A DNA stretch of 64,000 nt, from positions 1,952,001-2,016,000 of the forward strand of contig CAWCAG010000005.1 of assembly GCA_963793425.1 (NCBI GenBank), read 5' to 3'. This DNA comes from an uncultured cyanobacterium. Lineage in GTDB: Bacteria > Cyanobacteriota > Cyanobacteriia > Cyanobacteriales > CAWCAG01. The notes beneath the pieces were generated by a model. The model searched no databases. It was given only the letters and a program-made list of their open reading frames with translations, and was not told the DNA's origin. This document shows positions 22,202 through 31,582 of this stretch, piece after piece. The number at the start of each line of letters is the position of its first letter. The stretch's first letter is position 1. The translations under genes were made by a program, and so were the position numbers.

Positions 22202-23086
22202 TTACAAATCCTCTTCGGAGATCATCTTACCAAAACCGACAAATGGTTGATTGGCGATGCCTACGGCCGGCTTTGCCAACGCACCATCTTCTACTTCTTG
22301 TAAAATACTTTGCCAATCTGCTTTAGCTAAGGAATTGGGGTTAGCATCTAATAATTTTGCTAAGCTATTCAAAACTGAATACCAAACACCTTCCTCTGCA
22401 AAAGAAGCAGCTTGTTGAGATAGGGGCTGTTGTTTAATATCAGCCACTTCAGGGCTATTATCTAACTTAATTAATCCAGAAAAGTGAGGATTTCTGGCTA
22501 AATCGGTATCTGCTGGATTGCAAAAAACCATTACTTGCCAGACATAATTTTTACCCGGTTCTAGTTTAGCCCTTGCTTCAGTCTCAGGAACTTTAAGACC
22601 AACTATGCCTGGTTCTTCTGGTAATTCAAAATAGCCGAAAAATATTTCTTTGCTTTGTCTTTTACCTTTCTCATCAACAGCCACAATTTCTTTTAACAAT
22701 AAACTTGCTTTCATAACAGGATTATTGACATCCTGAGACTTACTCGGTACATGGAAAAAAACTGTTGTTATTGGTTCTGCGGTGAGAGGAATTTCTTCAT
22801 CTTCAGCAATTTGACCTTGTGCTTCTGGATCTGGCGGTAGTAAAGAGGTGACTTTTGTATCTTCTGCAAGGCAACCACCACGTCTGGCCCCCGGTCTTCT
22901 TCTACCCCTAACTCTGTATCTACCTCTACGGCGAAATCTTAGCCTTGCTAGTAACAAATCGGATTGATTCAATTCTGTGGTGGATTCACTAGCTGGTGAG
23001 TAAGCTAATGCGGGTAAGCTGCTACCCATAGTTAAAATAACAGCTAAGAGTAAAGGTAGTTTGCGTAGGTGCAAAAAAGACTTCAT
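22202..23086 (-). CDS. DUF928 domain protein
   Basis: Signal peptide, Arg-rich tract ending GARRGGC, FFHVP, LEPGKNYVW, GVWYS. Confidence 0.8.
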   Translation of the reverse strand: MKSFLHLRKLPLLLAVILTMGSSLPALAYSPASESTTELNQSDLLLARLRFRRRGRYRVRGRRRPGARRGGCLAEDTKVTSLLPPDPEAQGQIAEDEEIPLTAEPITTVFFHVPSKSQDVNNPVMKASLLLKEIVAVDEKGKRQSKEIFFGYFELPEEPGIVGLKVPETEARAKLEPGKNYVWQVMVFCNPADTDLARNPHFSGLIKLDNSPEVADIKQQPLSQQAASFAEEGVWYSVLNSLAKLLDANPNSLAKADWQSILQEVEDGALAKPAVGIANQPFVGFGKMISEEDL

Positions 23087-23215
23087 TGCCCAGTTCCTTA
23101 ATATAAATTGCGAAGTTACTAAATTCTGGCTCTAGTTCTTAAAGACTACTATTTTTTAACTCTAGTTTCCGCAAATCAAGAGAAATTTTTTTTGTTTAAT
23201 CTTTTTAAATACAAA

Positions 23216-23253
23216 GCTGGGTTGTGGTACAAGAATCTGTGCCACAACCCAGC
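23216..23253. terminator. Stem-loop downstream of the DUF2808 gene
   Basis: GCTGGGTTGTGGTACA / TGTGCCACAACCCAGC inverted repeat; U-rich tail on the minus strand. Confidence 0.65.
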
Positions 23254-23314
23254 CCGATAGTATTTTGGTGCTATTTCGCTGCTAAGCTTTGACAGTTATC
23301 ACCACAAACATACC

Positions 23315-23854
23315 TTAACGATCAATACTAATAATCCAGCTACCAAGATAAAGAGGTAAAGGAACATCATCAGGTGCTAAAGCCCCAGCATGGAAGTAGT
23401 AAGTTCCACCAAAGAAAGGATTCCTAACATTGTGAAGTACAGCTTCTAAACCAGTATCAGCCGGTACAGCTTCTTCTAACTCAAAGCGAATTTGATAATT
23501 TTCTTTATCCCATTGCATACTCTTTAAAGGTAAGGACTCACCATTGGCACGGATTTCCATTTTGCCTTCCCGGTCATCAAACTTACCGTTATAGTAATCA
23601 GGATATTTAATGATTAAAGTTTTGATAGGCTTTTTGACTTTCTTGGAGGCAATCCTTAACTTGTATCTATCAAAGTTGTTGGGTTGTCCCCCAAAATCTA
23701 AGTGATAGCTGAGGATATCGGGTCTTTCAATACCACTGAAAAGAGTTACGCCACCATCAGCCTTGACTAGAGTAGGAACACCTACACCAACCAAACAACT
23801 CGTTGCAGCCAAAACAGAAAGGATAATTCGTTTAGTAAGTTTTTTAGTGAACAT
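23315..23854 (-). CDS. DUF2808 domain protein
   Basis: Signal peptide, LSYHLDFGG, NVRNPFFGGTYYF, LYLGSW. Confidence 0.85.
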   Translation of the reverse strand: MFTKKLTKRIILSVLAATSCLVGVGVPTLVKADGGVTLFSGIERPDILSYHLDFGGQPNNFDRYKLRIASKKVKKPIKTLIIKYPDYYNGKFDDREGKMEIRANGESLPLKSMQWDKENYQIRFELEEAVPADTGLEAVLHNVRNPFFGGTYYFHAGALAPDDVPLPLYLGSWIISIDR

Positions 23855-23925
23855 CTTCTAGCGCTAGATAGGTTAATATTTGCAACAAAGTAACTAATCT
23901 TTACTCTTCGTAGACTGTAGCATCT

Positions 23926-24189
23926 GTGACATACTCCCACACTTACAGCAATCTGAAGTGTGGGCTTCTCACCAACTCCGGCTATTGCTTAGGATCTAAG
24001 GTGAGCTTTATTGACGATACGGGATGCCCCTCCGCACCGGGTTTGAGGAAATTTTCAAAAGTTGAATGTAGGCTGCATTTACGCATTTAATTGGGTTACA
24101 CCTACTTAACTGATGATAGCATAAACCTCGTCTCGGCTTCGGTGTCACCGCCTCACTACGTGTAGGCGGAAGGCTTCCCGCCGAGAGAG
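23926..24189 (-). mobile_element. Non-autonomous IS200/IS605-family relic with tnpB internally deleted
   Basis: Minus strand: left-end hairpin GGGAAGCCTTCCGCCTACACGTAGTGAGGCGG, residual VNAAYI codons of a TnpB C-terminus, right-end hairpin CCCACACTT...AAGTGTGGG followed by terminal TCAC. Confidence 0.8.
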
Positions 24190-24421
24190 CTAAAGCCTTA
24201 GTTGTATTAATTGACGTTAACGAAAACCGAAAGTGCCAACAAAAATTCTCTGCAAAACTATAAGACAAGTTAAAGAACGTCAGAGAAAATTGAGGATCAG
24301 CCTAAGATGCCATATAAATAAGTAGGAAAGGTAAGAAATCGAAGATTCGAGTTGACATTAAAACCTGAATGTGTTTGGCTTTGTCCTATATTTGATCTTA
24401 ACCAGTTAATAAGGAGAGTTC

Positions 24422-25561
24422 ATGAAAATAGCGGTTGCCAAAGAAATTGAAGTTGGCGAACGTCGAGTAGCCCTAATTCCAGATACCGTAGCTAAACTAA
24501 CTAAAAAAGGTTGGGAAATCTGGGTAGAAAAAGGTGCAGGATCAGCTTCTTTATGCCCAGATGAAGCTTATCAAGAGGCTGGGGCCAAGCTAATTGACGA
24601 TACTATAGCCCTTTGGAGCGAAGCTGATATCATCCTCAAAGTGGCAGCACCAAAGGATGAAGAAATAGAGCGCTTATCAGCAGGTAAAACTTTAATTAGT
24701 TTGCTTAATCCTTTAGGGAAACCAGAACAAGTCCAAAAACTAGCGGATAAAAAAGTAACCACCTTCGCTATGGAGTTGATTCCCCGCACTAGTCGAGCCC
24801 AAAGTATGGATGTCCTTTCTTCCCAAGCTGGGGTAGCGGGTTATAAAGCTGTCTTAATTGCTGCTGCGGCCCTACCGAAATTCTTCCCCATGTTAACCAC
24901 CGCCGCCGGAACTATTCGTCCGGCGAAAGTATTTATTATTGGTGCTGGGGTAGCTGGTTTACAAGCGATCGCCACAGCCAGAAGATTAGGGGCAATGGTA
25001 GAAGCTTTTGATATTCGTCCTGCGGTTAAAGAAGAAGTACAAAGCTTAGGGGCGAAGTTTGTCGAAGTTAAGTTAGAAGAAAATACCGTAGCCGAAGGTG
25101 GTTACGCCAAAGAAGTTTCTGATGACTCCAAAAAACGCTCTCAAGAATTAATCGCCGAGAGTGTTAAAAATGCTGATGTAGTTATTACCACTGCCCAAGT
25201 ACCTGGTAGAAAAGCCCCTGTTTTAGTTACAGAAGCGATGGTAGCGGCTATGAAACCAGGGGCAGTAATAGTGGATCTGGCGGGGGAACAAGGAGGAAAT
25301 TGTGAATTAACCGAAGCTGGCAAAGATGTTCAGCATCATGGCGTAACTATAATTGGCCCCATTAACCTACCTTCTTCTGTATCCGTCCATGCTAGCCAGA
25401 TGTACGCCAAGAATATCTCCACCCTACTACAGTTTTTAATTAAAGAAAGCGAATTAGAACTAGATTTCGCAGACGACATCACTAACAGCACTTGCCTCAC
25501 CTACAACGGCGAAATTCGTAACCAAAGAGTCAAGGATGCTTTAGGAGTCGCCGTAGGGTAG
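24422..25561 (+). CDS. pntA: NAD(P) transhydrogenase subunit alpha, part 1
   Basis: ERRVALIP, RAQSMDVLSSQ, GAGVAGL. Confidence 0.96.
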   Translation: MKIAVAKEIEVGERRVALIPDTVAKLTKKGWEIWVEKGAGSASLCPDEAYQEAGAKLIDDTIALWSEADIILKVAAPKDEEIERLSAGKTLISLLNPLGKPEQVQKLADKKVTTFAMELIPRTSRAQSMDVLSSQAGVAGYKAVLIAAAALPKFFPMLTTAAGTIRPAKVFIIGAGVAGLQAIATARRLGAMVEAFDIRPAVKEEVQSLGAKFVEVKLEENTVAEGGYAKEVSDDSKKRSQELIAESVKNADVVITTAQVPGRKAPVLVTEAMVAAMKPGAVIVDLAGEQGGNCELTEAGKDVQHHGVTIIGPINLPSSVSVHASQMYAKNISTLLQFLIKESELELDFADDITNSTCLTYNGEIRNQRVKDALGVAVG

Positions 25562-25568
25562 GGGTAAA

Positions 25569-25628
25569 GTAATAAGTAATAGGTAATAAGTAATAGGTAA
25601 TAAGTAATAGGTAATAAGTAATAAGTAA
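25569..25628. repeat. STRR heptamer array (GTAATAA/GTAATAG)
   Basis: About eight tandem heptamers. Confidence 0.9.
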
Positions 25629-25739
25629 GACAAAAGATTACTATTTACTGTAGGGCTTAGCCATTGACGCATCTATTACTGTTTACTGATAATCTCCCCA
25701 TCTCCTCTCAAAATCTCCAATCTATAAATCAAGTACAAA

Positions 25740-26033
25740 ATGACATCAACATTAATAGCCAGTTTATTCATCTTCGTATTGGCCGGTTTTGTTGGCTTTG
25801 AAGTCATCAACAAAGTACCGCCAACTCTCCATACTCCTTTAATGTCTGGGGCTAATGCCATTTCTGGTATTGCTGTCATTGGTGCTTTACTCATCTCCAG
25901 TGCTAGTGATTCTCCCCTCACCGTTATTTTAGGTTTAATCGCCGTCGTACTAGCCACAATCAATGTCGTAGGCGGTTTCTTGGTAACCGACAGAATGCTG
26001 CAAATGTTCAAAAAAAAGGAAGTTAAAGCATGA
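25740..26033 (+). CDS. NAD(P) transhydrogenase subunit alpha, part 2
   Basis: LHTPLMSGANAISG, INVVGGFLVTDRML. Confidence 0.95.
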   Translation: MTSTLIASLFIFVLAGFVGFEVINKVPPTLHTPLMSGANAISGIAVIGALLISSASDSPLTVILGLIAVVLATINVVGGFLVTDRMLQMFKKKEVKA

Positions 26034-27442
26034 ATATAGTTGAATTTTTGCCCACAGGAATACAGCTTAGTTATTTAGTTGCTGCTTCTTTGTTTATTAT
26101 TGGCTTAAAAAAGCTCGGTTCCCCAGCTACTGCCCGTAATGGTAACTTACTAGCAGCAGTGGGAATGCTTTTAGCTGTGGTCGTTACCTTATTAGACAGC
26201 CAGGTATTAAACTACCGAATGGTACTTATTGCGATCGCCATTGGTTCAGTCCTTGGTGCAGTTATTGCCCGTGCTGTATCTATGACAGCCATGCCGCAAA
26301 TGGTGGGCTTACTTAACGGTTTAGGTGGTGCAGCTTCTGCTTTAGTTGCTGTGGGCGAGTTTTGGCGCTTATTACATTCTCCCCAAGCTGTCCCCCTAGA
26401 TGCTACCATCACCGTCATCCTTGGTATCTTAATTGGCGGTGTTACCCTCACAGGCAGCTTAATAGCCGTAGGTAAGTTGCAAGGGCTTATTTCTGGTAAA
26501 CCAGTACAATTCCCTCTCCAACAACCAATTAACGCCTTACTACTAATCAGCTTCTTGGTTTGTAGTGGCTTTTTACTCGTCACCCCAGAAAGCCAGCCCA
26601 TTTTCCTCGCTTCTATCGCCATTTCTTCGGTTTTAGGAATTTTATTCGTCCTACCCATCGGCGGAGGAGATATGCCTGTGGTTATCTCCTTACTTAACTC
26701 CTTATCGGGTTTAGCAGCAAGTGCTGCTGGTTTTGTAGTGATGAACAATATGCTCATCGTTGCTGGGGCTTTAGTGGGAACTTCCGGCTTAATTCTCACC
26801 CAAATTATGTGTAAAGGTATGAACCGTACCTTAAGCAGTGTCCTTTTTGGTGCTTTTGGTGGTGGTAACACCTCTAGTACTGGCGGTGCTAGCGGCGACA
26901 TGGGAGATCAAGTCGTCCGTTCCATTGGTGCTGAAGAAGGAGCTATGATGATCGGTTATGCTCGTTCTGTGGTAATTGTACCCGGTTACGGCATGGCGGT
27001 TGCCCAAGCACAACACGCTGTTAAGGAATTATCAGATCAATTAGAAAAGTTGGGAGTAGAAGTTAAGTATGCCATCCATCCCGTGGCAGGAAGGATGCCA
27101 GGGCATATGAACGTCTTGTTGGCAGAAGCGAATGTTCCTTATCCTCAACTTTATGATATGGAGGATATTAATCCTCAGTTTGACCAAACCGATGTCGCTT
27201 TAGTTATCGGCGCAAATGATGTGGTTAACCCTGCTGCCCGTTCTGATCAAGGTAGCCCTATTTATGGTATGCCCATTTTAGAAGTAGACCGAGCTAAAAA
27301 TACCATTGTCATCAAACGTGGCATGAGTGCTGGTTTTTCTGGTGTCCAAAACGAATTGTTTTTCAAAGATAAAACAATGATGCTTTTTGGCAGTGCCAAG
27401 GATGTTGTTGGGCAACTAGCAGAAGAAGTTAAGCAGCTTTAA
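26030..27442 (+). CDS. pntB: NAD(P) transhydrogenase subunit beta
   Basis: IGGGDMPVVIS, PGYGMAVAQAQH, HPVAGRMPGHMN. Confidence 0.97.
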   Translation: MNIVEFLPTGIQLSYLVAASLFIIGLKKLGSPATARNGNLLAAVGMLLAVVVTLLDSQVLNYRMVLIAIAIGSVLGAVIARAVSMTAMPQMVGLLNGLGGAASALVAVGEFWRLLHSPQAVPLDATITVILGILIGGVTLTGSLIAVGKLQGLISGKPVQFPLQQPINALLLISFLVCSGFLLVTPESQPIFLASIAISSVLGILFVLPIGGGDMPVVISLLNSLSGLAASAAGFVVMNNMLIVAGALVGTSGLILTQIMCKGMNRTLSSVLFGAFGGGNTSSTGGASGDMGDQVVRSIGAEEGAMMIGYARSVVIVPGYGMAVAQAQHAVKELSDQLEKLGVEVKYAIHPVAGRMPGHMNVLLAEANVPYPQLYDMEDINPQFDQTDVALVIGANDVVNPAARSDQGSPIYGMPILEVDRAKNTIVIKRGMSAGFSGVQNELFFKDKTMMLFGSAKDVVGQLAEEVKQL

Positions 27443-27644
27443 TGCAATTAGATAGCAAAAGTTAAAAAAAGCTTAAGAATATCTTTCTTTACTTTTGCAG
27501 TACTCTTTTAATAAATAGCTTATTAGAGAATTTTATCATCTCAGAATAAGCTATTTTTTTATTGGAAAATATTCGCAATTTTGGTTAAGATATGTTAAAA
27601 GATATATGAGTTTTTATAAAAAAGTTATAAATCAGGAGATTTAA

Positions 27645-28463
27645 GTGGGTTACTCTGTTGAGGTAAATGGGGATAGTTTTCGCAGCGAGGTTATCGAAAA
27701 GTCTTTTGAAAAATTAGTTATAGTAGACTTTTTTGCTACTTGGTGTGGCCCTTGCAAACTGCTTAAGCCAATTTTAGAGAAACTGGTTAAAGAATATGAT
27801 TTTGTCTTTGCGAAGGTGGATATTGACCAAAACCAAGACTTAGCAGACAAGTTTAAAGTAGAAGGAGTTCCTGATGTCAGGATTTTTAACAAAGGAGAAA
27901 TGCTGCCAGGATTTGTTGGGGTTTTTCAAGAATCTCAAATTAGAGATTTGCTAGAGAAGTTAAATCTTACTTCAAGTTTAGAACAAGGATTAACCGAAGC
28001 AAAAGTCTCCGTAGCCATGGGAGATATGCAGGCAGCGAAAAGGATCTATGATAGTTTATTTGAGATGTATCCTGACCATAGTAGATTAGTTATTGAAGCT
28101 GCCAAATTTTTGATACGCTGCAATCAATTGGATGCTGCTAATAACTTTTTAAACCGAGTCAGTATAGAAGATCAAGAATACGCTCCTAAAGCCCAAGCCG
28201 TCAAAGCTTTGATTCAGCTTAAGTTAGAAGCTGACAATCCTGGAGAAAATGAATTAGATAAACTCTACACAAAAGCAGCAGGGCTTGCCGTAGCAGAAGA
28301 ATATGAAAGGGCTTTGAAAATCTTTTTAGATATTGTGGGTAGGAGTCGTCAATATAAGCAAGATGGGGCAAGAAAAGCGATGTTAGCGATCTTCAATTTG
28401 TTAGGTAAAAAGCACCGTTTAACTCAAGTTTATCAACAAGAATTAATGTTAACTTTGTACTAA
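27645..28463 (+). CDS. Thioredoxin-TPR co-chaperone (YbbN/CnoX-like)
   Basis: WCGPC thioredoxin domain followed by TPR helices. Confidence 0.9.
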   Translation: MGYSVEVNGDSFRSEVIEKSFEKLVIVDFFATWCGPCKLLKPILEKLVKEYDFVFAKVDIDQNQDLADKFKVEGVPDVRIFNKGEMLPGFVGVFQESQIRDLLEKLNLTSSLEQGLTEAKVSVAMGDMQAAKRIYDSLFEMYPDHSRLVIEAAKFLIRCNQLDAANNFLNRVSIEDQEYAPKAQAVKALIQLKLEADNPGENELDKLYTKAAGLAVAEEYERALKIFLDIVGRSRQYKQDGARKAMLAIFNLLGKKHRLTQVYQQELMLTLY

Positions 28464-28855
28464 CCTTCAACAATAATTTTAGCTATCATACCTGCACCAC
28501 GATGAGGTTGGCAGTAATAGTCATATTCCCCCGCCGGAGCATCTTCTGGAAACTGGGTAGAATAGGATTGACCCGCGCTAAACATTAGTTTCGGATTAGA
28601 AAGCTGTCTTGATAAAGCACTATCTCCACTAGGTACTCTCCAAAAGACAACATTGTGAGGAGCCAGTTTGTTCATCACAAATTTAATTGTATCTCCTGGC
28701 TCAATAGTCAAGATTTCTGGGACAAATTCCAACTCCCCGCTATCGGTTCCCATTTTAACTGTGTAGGTTTGAGCTTGAGCTGGCTGAGCTGATAGAATAA
28801 AACTTGCCACAACAAGCATTAAGATCGTTAATTGTTTGAGTATTTTCTTAATCAA
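28460..28855 (-). CDS. petE: Plastocyanin
   Basis: Signal peptide, PHNVVF, YCQPHRGAGM copper ligands; TTG start. Confidence 0.93.
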   Translation of the reverse strand: MIKKILKQLTILMLVVASFILSAQPAQAQTYTVKMGTDSGELEFVPEILTIEPGDTIKFVMNKLAPHNVVFWRVPSGDSALSRQLSNPKLMFSAGQSYSTQFPEDAPAGEYDYYCQPHRGAGMIAKIIVEG

Positions 28856-28976
28856 CTTAATTGTTTCCTTTTTTGAATAAAATCAATCAATAAAAAACGG
28901 TAACAAACAGTTAATAAAAAAATCATCTGTCTGCACCGTTTCTGTTACATAGGTAGTTCCTTAATTCTTTTGAAAC

Positions 28977-29498
28977 TTAGTTGTAAACCTTACCACCTCC
29001 CCACACTTTACCAAGTATCTTCTGTTGTACAAGAATGTGGCCAGCAATATCTTCTAAATCCTCTTCAGTAAGGTTTCTCATGGAGAGCCAAATATCAGAT
29101 CTACTGGTGTTGGGGTGTATCTCTTTCAGGTCAATTTCCCCATCATAACTAGTGGGGTTTTCCATGTAATCAACCAATGCCAACACATTGTCTCGGCGAG
29201 GTTCAGCCCCCTCAAGGGCCTCTTGATTTAAGGTAACATTAGGATTGGTTTTTGTTCTGCCGGCGGCATGGCATTTAGAACAGGTGTTGCGAAATAATCG
29301 CTGTCCTTGATCAAGCTGTTTGGTACTGAAAACAACTTCTTCCCCTCCTTCATTTAAAGGTACTGTGCGGACACTTTCTTCTAGTTCATAAGCAGAAGCA
29401 TTGGCGATACCTAATTGAAAGGTAAACAACAAAGTGGCTACAGTTACCCATAAAAGTCGCTTGAGGTTGGTTCTCCTCAAAAAAATTGGCTTTTTCAT
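28977..29498 (-). CDS. psbV: Photosystem II cytochrome c-550
   Basis: CSKCH heme motif, NPTSYDG, IHP, WGGGKVY. Start uncertain (see findings). Confidence 0.93.
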   Translation of the reverse strand: MKKPIFLRRTNLKRLLWVTVATLLFTFQLGIANASAYELEESVRTVPLNEGGEEVVFSTKQLDQGQRLFRNTCSKCHAAGRTKTNPNVTLNQEALEGAEPRRDNVLALVDYMENPTSYDGEIDLKEIHPNTSRSDIWLSMRNLTEEDLEDIAGHILVQQKILGKVWGGGKVYN

Positions 29499-29732
29499 GA
29501 TTGTTGGTTTTATACAGCAATAACTCAATCTATTTATTTCATCCCAGCTAGGATTAGCTGAAATAAGCACTTTAAAAGAGCGTTTTAGAATAATCTTCAT
29601 AAACTAATGAAGTTAGTTTCTGCGATGATTGTCGCAAAATTCTTAACGAGCTTCGGCCTAGCTGTAAAGAAACTATAGACTTGTTCTCATAAATATCATG
29701 CCATGAGCGATGCTCAATGATAACTGTTCATT

Positions 29733-29757
29733 GTACGGCTTGCCGTTGCCGTTAGGC
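29733..29757. repeat. 25-bp small dispersed repeat GTACGGCTTGCCGTTGCCGTTAGGC
   Basis: Identical copy at 31511-31535 and a degenerate copy at 12001-12022. Confidence 0.85.
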
Positions 29758-29776
29758 TTCATTGATAACTATTAAT

Positions 29777-30568
29777 TTATGTTAAGTAGGGGCGACAAAT
29801 AGATAAGGAATCATGAAGATTGACTACATTACCAATAACGGCAATGGCTGGTGCTGTGAATTTATTTTCTTCTACTTGCTTGACGATGGTTTCTAAACGA
29901 CCAATTAGTTGCTGTTGTTCTGGCCTTGTTCCCCAACGTACTAGGGCAATAGGGGTTGTGGCCGCTAAACCTGCTGTTTGTAATTCAGAAACTATGTGGG
30001 GTAGGTTGTGAACGCCCATATAAATAACAATAGTTTCTGAACCTTTAGCGATTCCACTCCAATCTACTTGAGGGCGATATTTACCTACTGACTCATGACC
30101 GGTAACGAAGGTGACAGAGGAACTATAATTGCGATGGGTAACAGGGATTCCAGCATAAGCAGGGGCCGCAATTCCGGAGGTTATTCCTGGTACAACTTCC
30201 ACAGAAACTCCTGCTGCTAACAAGTCTTGCATTTCTTCTCCACCACGACCGAAAACAAAAGGATCACCACCTTTGAGGCGTACTACCACAGCGTTGGTTT
30301 GGGCTTTTTCTATTAATAATTTAGTGGTTTCGTCTTGCAATTTTGAATGACGACCTCTCCTTTTCCCTGCATCAATACGTTCGGCACGGGAACCAATCAT
30401 CCCTAAAATCGGTTCACTGACTAAAGCATCATAAATAACCACATCAGCGTGTTCGAGTAAAGTTTTCCCTTTTAAAGTAAAAAGTCCTGGATCTCCTGGC
30501 CCAGCACCAACTAAATAAACTTTACCTTGGCAGGGAGATTGCTTAATAGGAATATTTGCTTGATTCAT
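29777..30568 (-). CDS. cobA: Uroporphyrinogen-III C-methyltransferase
   Basis: LVGAGPGDP, RLKGGDPFVFGRGGEE. Confidence 0.96.
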   Translation of the reverse strand: MNQANIPIKQSPCQGKVYLVGAGPGDPGLFTLKGKTLLEHADVVIYDALVSEPILGMIGSRAERIDAGKRRGRHSKLQDETTKLLIEKAQTNAVVVRLKGGDPFVFGRGGEEMQDLLAAGVSVEVVPGITSGIAAPAYAGIPVTHRNYSSSVTFVTGHESVGKYRPQVDWSGIAKGSETIVIYMGVHNLPHIVSELQTAGLAATTPIALVRWGTRPEQQQLIGRLETIVKQVEENKFTAPAIAVIGNVVNLHDSLSICRPYLT

Positions 30569-30621
30569 AGAACAATTTTCATACTAGTTAAATATATCTA
30601 TCTCTAATTAGCGATTAGCGA

Positions 30622-31416
30622 TTAGCAAACATTAAGTTTTTCAGCAACTAAATCAGCTAGTTCAGTAGTTGTTCCTAAAGGTTCTCCTAAAAGGAGTTGG
30701 AGATGGGTATAATTGCTTTGTAGCTGTTGGAATTGGGTGGCGATCGCTTCTGTTATGCCGCCGTTAAAAAGGAAGTAAGGTAGGATAGCAATTTTTTGAT
30801 GTCCGATGGCTTCTAAGGCTGTTACTTGGGCTTGTAAATTAGGTTCTACAGACCAATAAGCAACTGCGGCGTTTAAACTTGAAGCCATAGCTTTGACAGG
30901 TTGATTGCCTCCTAAGCGGCGACTTCCATGGGAAAGAAGAATTCTGGCTGAGGTAGGAAATTGAGCGAACTTATGAGCTAATATCTCTTTTAAATCATTA
31001 TTACTACCGAGATAGGGTAATAGTTCGAGGTTGATTTCTTCAGGGATATTTTTCTGTGCCACAGCAATTTCATTCGGAATATCCTCTTTAACATGAACTC
31101 CAGCTAAAAGGAACATTGGTAAGATTTTTACTTGTTTTATTCCTACTTGTTGTGCTTGGAGAGCAAATTGGGTAATACTTTGATGTAAAGAAGTTTCTCC
31201 TAATTCTAAAACTGCTGTGGCTATTAAAGGAGAGGCAGTTTTGTTGAGTAAAGCTAAGGAGTTGGGTTGCTGCTTCTGTAACGATAGTGGAGGAGTATCC
31301 TGAACAACTAGCCCTAAACGCTGTTGAATAAGATAAGCTAGCCTTTGCCCAGCTATTTGTGGTCGAGGATCACGGCTACCATGAAATATAAGTAGGTATG
31401 CAGAAGATAATGTCAA
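30622..31416 (-). CDS. Sirohydrochlorin chelatase (CbiX/SirB family)
   Basis: HGSRDPR, GVHVKEDIP, HGSRR duplicated CbiX domains. Confidence 0.9.
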   Translation of the reverse strand: MTLSSAYLLIFHGSRDPRPQIAGQRLAYLIQQRLGLVVQDTPPLSLQKQQPNSLALLNKTASPLIATAVLELGETSLHQSITQFALQAQQVGIKQVKILPMFLLAGVHVKEDIPNEIAVAQKNIPEEINLELLPYLGSNNDLKEILAHKFAQFPTSARILLSHGSRRLGGNQPVKAMASSLNAAVAYWSVEPNLQAQVTALEAIGHQKIAILPYFLFNGGITEAIATQFQQLQSNYTHLQLLLGEPLGTTTELADLVAEKLNVC

Positions 31417-31510
31417 GGTAGTTTAAATAAAAGTTAGTTTTTTAAAAATTTATCCTTTTATTTCAGGATATTCTGTATCAATGGTCAGTTATCAGTTATC
31501 AGTTATCAAT

Positions 31511-31535
31511 GTACGGCTTGCCGTTGCCGTTAGGC
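31511..31535. repeat. Second copy of the 25-bp dispersed repeat, inside a TCAGTTA heptamer array
   Basis: Identical to 29733-29757. Confidence 0.85.
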
Positions 31536-31582
31536 ATCAGTTATTAATGTACGGCCCCTAATTACCAATTCCTAAATTAACA

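Noticed and set aside
24008..24268. 86-aa ORF as a real gene
   Set aside because: It reads through the IS605 relic ends; only the last residues derive from tnpB.
25569..25628. STRR heptamer arrays (also near 32880-32960, 56695-56728, 62958-62981) and HIP1 sites
   Set aside because: Well-known background features of cyanobacterial genomes.
26212..26901. 229-aa antisense ORF in pntB, and similar shadow ORFs in the CLC gene, acnB, pntA and gap
   Set aside because: Antisense shadows of conserved genes with no recognisable motifs.
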